A stretch of 64,000 nucleotides of DNA from a bacterium (GTDB lineage: Bacteria > Patescibacteriota > Patescibacteriia > UBA1558 > UBA10009): contig JABHGM010000001.1 of assembly GCA_018672055.1 (NCBI GenBank), positions 264,884 through 328,883 on the forward strand, read 5' to 3'. The notes under the pieces are model-generated. The model did not search any database and had not been told where the DNA came from. It was given only the letters and a program-made list of their open reading frames with translations. Made by a program: the position numbers and the translations under genes. This document shows, piece after piece, positions 59,409-64,000 of the stretch. The stretch's first letter is position 1. Each line of letters begins with the position of its first letter.

Positions 59409-59981
59409 ATGATTAAAAAAACATTTTTATCTCAAATTAAAAAGGATTTAATATCTTTTAATAAAGAGCGTAATGAAATATTCAGAGAAACTAGAACTGT
59501 ATTACAAAGCTCTAAATCAGCTATTTTTGCTATGCATAGAAATGACATGGCACAGGCTAAGAAAGATATTAAAAATGCAGAAGCTATTTTAAAGAGTTTA
59601 AACACTAAGTTTAAGAAAGATCAAAGGTTAAGATTTGAAGGTAGTTATAGGGCTGCTGCTGAAGAATATGTTGAAGCTAAAGTATTTATGAATGCTTTAA
59701 CTGATAAGCCAATTGATAAGTTACCTATTAGCACTATTGGACCAGAAGAATATATTGGGGGACTGGCTGATTTAACTGGTGAACTTGTTAGGCAAGCTAT
59801 TTTACAATCTACTAGTGGTGATTTTAAAGTATTAGAGAAATATAAGTTGATTACTGAGGAAATTGTAGCTTTTTTAATGACTCTTTACTTAGGTGGTCAA
59901 TCACGTCATAAGTCGGATGATGCTAAAAGAAATTTAAAAAGATTAGAACAAATAATATATGAAGTCAACCTCAGGAAATAA
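59409..59981 (+). CDS. translin family protein
   Basis: SKSAIFAMHR, EEYVEA, YIGGLADLTGELVR. Confidence 0.85.
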   Translation: MIKKTFLSQIKKDLISFNKERNEIFRETRTVLQSSKSAIFAMHRNDMAQAKKDIKNAEAILKSLNTKFKKDQRLRFEGSYRAAAEEYVEAKVFMNALTDKPIDKLPISTIGPEEYIGGLADLTGELVRQAILQSTSGDFKVLEKYKLITEEIVAFLMTLYLGGQSRHKSDDAKRNLKRLEQIIYEVNLRK

Positions 59982-60097
59982 AAAATTAGCAAGATCTGTT
60001 AAGAAATATATTCGTCGTGAAAAGTCTAGAATACGTCATACTTATTCTAGTACTAAGGATATAGAAAATAAGATTAAAGAGTTAATGAATAGATTTA

Positions 60098-62146
60098 ATG
60101 GCTAAAACTTTTGTTTTAAAAAATGAATCAGATAAAAAGCTCAAAGTAGATTATAAGTCAGAATTAAATGATGAGCAATACAAGGTCGTAACTTCAGGTG
60201 AAGGACCTTGTTTAGTCTTAGCTGGAGCTGGTTCTGGTAAAACACGTACCATAACTTATCGTGTTGCTTATTTAATAGAAAAAGGCATTAAAGAAGAGAA
60301 TATATTATTGGTTACTTTTACTAATAAAGCAGCTGGTGAAATGTTAAAAAGGGTTTCTGCTTTAATAGGTAAACAACCAGATAAATTATGGGGTGGTACT
60401 TTTCATCACATTGGGAATAGAATATTAAGAAAATATGCTAAGTTGCTCGGCTATCAGTCTAACTTTACTATTCTTGATGAAGGTGATAGTAAAGATTTAT
60501 TAAAATTATGTATTAAAGAAGAAGGAGTTGATGTTAAAGCACGACGTTTTCCTTCAGCAGCTATTTTAAAAGATATAATAAGTTATACTAAGAATTCAGA
60601 ACAAGCCTTAGAGAAAGTAATAGAACTTAGACATCCTAAATGGTTAGAGCTGGAAAATCAAATTCAAAATATTGCTGAGAGGTATAAGTTAAAGAAGAAA
60701 GATAACAATGCTATGGATTTTGATGATCTTTTAGTAAATTGGCTTAAACTTTTAAAAGATAATCCACGTATTAAAGATAGATTAGCTGCTCAATTTCATT
60801 ATATTTTAGTAGATGAATATCAAGATACAAATTATATTCAAGCAGCTATTATAAAAGAACTTGCTTCTGTTCATCATAATGTATTAGTAGTTGGTGATGA
60901 TGCTCAAAGTATTTATTCTTTTAGAGCTGCAGATATAGGTAACATTTTAAATTTTTCTGATAGTTTTAAAGGAGCTTCTATTTTTAAATTAGAAATAAAT
61001 TATAGATCTACTCCTGAAATATTAAAAGTTGCTAACGAAGTTATTAAATATAATGTAGATCAATATCCTAAAATATTGAAAGCTAAGTTAAGTAATTTTG
61101 TTAAACCAAATGTAGTACCAGCTCATAGCGCTGCTCAAGAAGCCAAGTTTATATCAGAACAAATATTAAAATTAAGAGATGAAGGTATTAAGTTAAATAA
61201 AATAGCTGTATTATTTAGAGCAGCTTATCACTCTCAAGAATTAGAGTTTCAACTTACTAAAAAAGATATACCTTACGATTATAGAGGTGGGGTAAGATTT
61301 TTTGAAAGAGCTCATATTAAAGATGTGGTTGCATTTTTAAAAGTAATGACTAATCCTAAAGATGAAGCTGCTTGGCATAGAATATTACAATTACAAGTAG
61401 GTGTAGGCATTGAAACTGCTGCAAAGATTTTTAACAGGATTAAAGACTTAGATTGCCCTATTAAATGTGTTGAAGCTGATTTGTCTGATATATTATCTGT
61501 ACGAGCTAAAATGGGTTGGCAGAATATAGTAAATATATATTTAAAAGATATTGGAATAAAAAAACTTAAGAATTTAAATGATCCAGCTTCTTTTATACGT
61601 TCAATAGCTAAATCTGATTATAGGGAATATTTACAAGCTCAATTTCCTAATTATCAAGAAAGAATTGAAGACTTAGAACAGTTTGCTAAGTTTGCCGAAA
61701 ATTATGAGGATCTAAATGCATTTTTAACAGAAATTACTCTTCAAGAAGCATTTGCTGTAGAAAGGGCTACTCCAGATAATTCAGATGAAGAAAAATTAGT
61801 TTTAAGTACTATCCATCAAGCTAAAGGTTTAGAATGGGAAGTAATTTTTGTAATAAACTTAGTAGATAATGCTTTTCCAAATCAAAGAGCTTTAGCAGAG
61901 GACAATGGTTTAGAAGAAGAAAGAAGATTATTTTACGTAGCTATAACTCGCGCTAAAAAACAATTATTCCTATCATACCCATTAGTAAGTAATCATTCAT
62001 CAATGTATTTAAATACACCTTCTCAGTTTTTACAAGAAACACCTGATGAGCTATTAGAAGAAATTAAATTAATAGAAGGTTTTAGTTCTAAAAGTGATTA
62101 TAATGATTTAAATGGTGATGGTGTACAGTACTTGCCTGAGGTATAA
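60098..62146 (+). CDS. UvrD/PcrA family SF1 DNA helicase
   Basis: AGAGSGKT, TFTNKAA, DEYQDTN, VGDDAQSIYSFR, NYRS, STIHQAKGLEW, EERRLFYVAITRA. Confidence 0.95.
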   Translation: MAKTFVLKNESDKKLKVDYKSELNDEQYKVVTSGEGPCLVLAGAGSGKTRTITYRVAYLIEKGIKEENILLVTFTNKAAGEMLKRVSALIGKQPDKLWGGTFHHIGNRILRKYAKLLGYQSNFTILDEGDSKDLLKLCIKEEGVDVKARRFPSAAILKDIISYTKNSEQALEKVIELRHPKWLELENQIQNIAERYKLKKKDNNAMDFDDLLVNWLKLLKDNPRIKDRLAAQFHYILVDEYQDTNYIQAAIIKELASVHHNVLVVGDDAQSIYSFRAADIGNILNFSDSFKGASIFKLEINYRSTPEILKVANEVIKYNVDQYPKILKAKLSNFVKPNVVPAHSAAQEAKFISEQILKLRDEGIKLNKIAVLFRAAYHSQELEFQLTKKDIPYDYRGGVRFFERAHIKDVVAFLKVMTNPKDEAAWHRILQLQVGVGIETAAKIFNRIKDLDCPIKCVEADLSDILSVRAKMGWQNIVNIYLKDIGIKKLKNLNDPASFIRSIAKSDYREYLQAQFPNYQERIEDLEQFAKFAENYEDLNAFLTEITLQEAFAVERATPDNSDEEKLVLSTIHQAKGLEWEVIFVINLVDNAFPNQRALAEDNGLEEERRLFYVAITRAKKQLFLSYPLVSNHSSMYLNTPSQFLQETPDELLEEIKLIEGFSSKSDYNDLNGDGVQYLPEV

Positions 62147-63284
62147 AAAAAGACCCAGTCGATTTTGACTGGGCTTTGTTAACATCTAAGTTAACCGAAC
62201 CTGCATATTATGCAAACAATAACTCTACTGTACTGTGGTTATTTATTTGCATGGGTTTGATCATCAATAACAGGTTGTTCTTTTGCGCTATTCGTCATGT
62301 TCAATAAAAATAAGTTCACCATAAGGTGTACCTCCTATTTTATTAACTATTATTTGAGTTACTAGCCTCAACTATTTAATTATCGAACAGCTAGTCTCAA
62401 TTAATAGTATATTATATGTTATTTACTTTAATGTCAAATAGAAAGGCCTGATACAAGAATCAGGCCTTTTATAACGAATCTATTTTTTACTTTTTTTATA
62501 AGTTCTTTTATTTCTTAAGAATTTATTTTGTATTGTATAATACCATTTTCGTCTTTTAATTTGACTAGTATTATTAATCTGTAAAAAATAACTTATGCTG
62601 TTAATATTAAGCATTAGTTTTTATGGTTATGTTATGTAAAGCTTTTAATGGAATTATCTTAAAATATAAAAAGCTTTTTAAAATTTATTTTAAGATCTCT
62701 TTTTTAAAATGTACAAATCATTAAATACTATAGCTTATATAATAGGTTTAGTCAAAGAGAGAAGGTCCAGAAAATACTCTGGACCTTCGATTTTTGCCTG
62801 CCTCCGCAGGTCTTTATCATTTAAACCATTGTGTTGATTAACTGTTATTTTGCATTTTTTCATCTGAAATGCACATTTCTAGACTGTTTAATGATACAAT
62901 CAAGAGCTCATCTCCTTTTGCGTTTCTAACGCTTTTTTTGTTTGGACTCAAGTCACAATGACTATTCCATTAATATTATATTAACTCATATAATATACTT
63001 AGTCAATAAAAAAATGGGTCGAATGAAATATTCGACCCACTCGTGCCATTAAAACCCTACTCCCTATAAGAGTATTTGCACATGAGACCTTCTTTAATAT
63101 GATAGCCTAATTCCCAATGTCAATAAAAGATTTAGGTTTTTATTTATCTATTATTAAAGACTATATCTCTGACCTTATTTAACACAATTTAAATCAAATA
63201 AGATAATAAAAATCTATCAAATTAAGAGTTATTTGTCAATAACTTTAGTAAATAGCTATTTTATGCTAAAATAGAAATCACATT

Positions 63285-63629
63285 ATGAAAATACTTGGTA
63301 AAGTAATAAATGGAGATGGCGAGGGTAAAGGCTTAGGTTTTCCTACTGCTAATCTTAAGTTAGAAAATAGTTTAAATTTAGAAGATGGTGTATATATTGG
63401 TGAAGTTAATTTTAATAAAAAGTTATTTAAAGCTTTAGTAATAAAAGGAGTTAGAAATGAATTAGAAGTATGGCTTTATGATTTTACAGGGGATTTGTAT
63501 GGTGAAGTATTAGAAGTAGTAATAGGTAATAAGATTAGTAAAGTTGAAAAAATAGAAGATAAGGAACAATTAATTGAGAAAATTAAAAATGATATTAATA
63601 TAGCTAAAAGTGTATGGGAGATAAATTAG
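63285..63629 (+). CDS. stand-alone riboflavin kinase domain protein
   Basis: GKGLGFPTAN, GVY, EV..DFTGDLYG. Confidence 0.8.
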   Translation: MKILGKVINGDGEGKGLGFPTANLKLENSLNLEDGVYIGEVNFNKKLFKALVIKGVRNELEVWLYDFTGDLYGEVLEVVIGNKISKVEKIEDKEQLIEKIKNDINIAKSVWEIN

Positions 63630-64000
63630 TTTTAGATTTAGAAACCAAAAAATCATTTGAAGAAGTAGGTGGTTACCATAATAATAAAGATCTTGGTGTT
63701 TCTTTGTGTGGTGTTTATTCATATGATAGAGATAAGTATAAAGCGTTTAGAGAAGAAGAATTTAAAGAGATGGCTACCTGGTTAAAAGAAGCTGAGCTAA
63801 TAATAGGTTTTAATTCAAAAAGTTTTGATTTTGCAGTACTACAACCATACTATAAATTTAATCTATCAAAATTACCTCACTTAGATATATTAGAAGAAAT
63901 AACTCATGCTTTGGGTCATAGATTAAAATTAGAGACATTAGCTCAGGCAACACTTGGTGAAGGTAAATCAGGTTCTGGTTTAGATGCTTTGTGGTATTAT
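63614..64000 (+). CDS. RNase H-like/DEDD exonuclease domain protein (partial, runs off the window)
   Basis: Manual translation MGDKLVLDLETKKSF...IIGFNSKSFDF...HLDIL...GHRLKLETLAQATLG. Confidence 0.85.
   Translation, partial: MGDKLVLDLETKKSFEEVGGYHNNKDLGVSLCGVYSYDRDKYKAFREEEFKEMATWLKEAELIIGFNSKSFDFAVLQPYYKFNLSKLPHLDILEEITHALGHRLKLETLAQATLGEGKSGSGLDALWYY

Noticed and set aside
1-64000. Alternative genetic code (TGA=Gly, as in Gracilibacteria/SR1)
   Set aside because: Long conserved genes translate full length under code 11 without TGA interruptions.

Overview
AT-rich bacterial chromosome segment (code 11). Gene content and style suggest a Patescibacteria/CPR organism (inference): pnp, rpsO, 2-oxoacid:ferredoxin oxidoreductase, a Fur/IscSU/peroxiredoxin/SOR stress operon, class II RNR nrdJ followed by a cobalamin riboswitch and B12-salvage genes, gyrA, ruvB, queH, queA, ychF, translin and a UvrD helicase. 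The standout feature is at 5784-20911. A large serine recombinase element is integrated in the 3' end of tRNA-His and is followed by nine 0.45-1.9 kb gene cassettes delimited by ten sites ending in an (A)CCCCA-type core like the tRNA 3' end. Read on the minus strand, the left arms of nine sites encode in-frame alternative C-terminal tails for the recombinase (WGPFVDDVRT..., WGPLRDEFRT..., WGGSRNFIK..., WGECQNDI...); the tenth has a 1-nt shift. Right arms are terminators, some with a promoter, and left and right arms occur in mixed combinations. This looks like an integron-like cassette array run by a serine recombinase. A second window-wide pattern is many self-contained orphan units (TTGAC promoter, strong Shine-Dalgarno, ORF, terminator) between core genes that mostly lack a Shine-Dalgarno.
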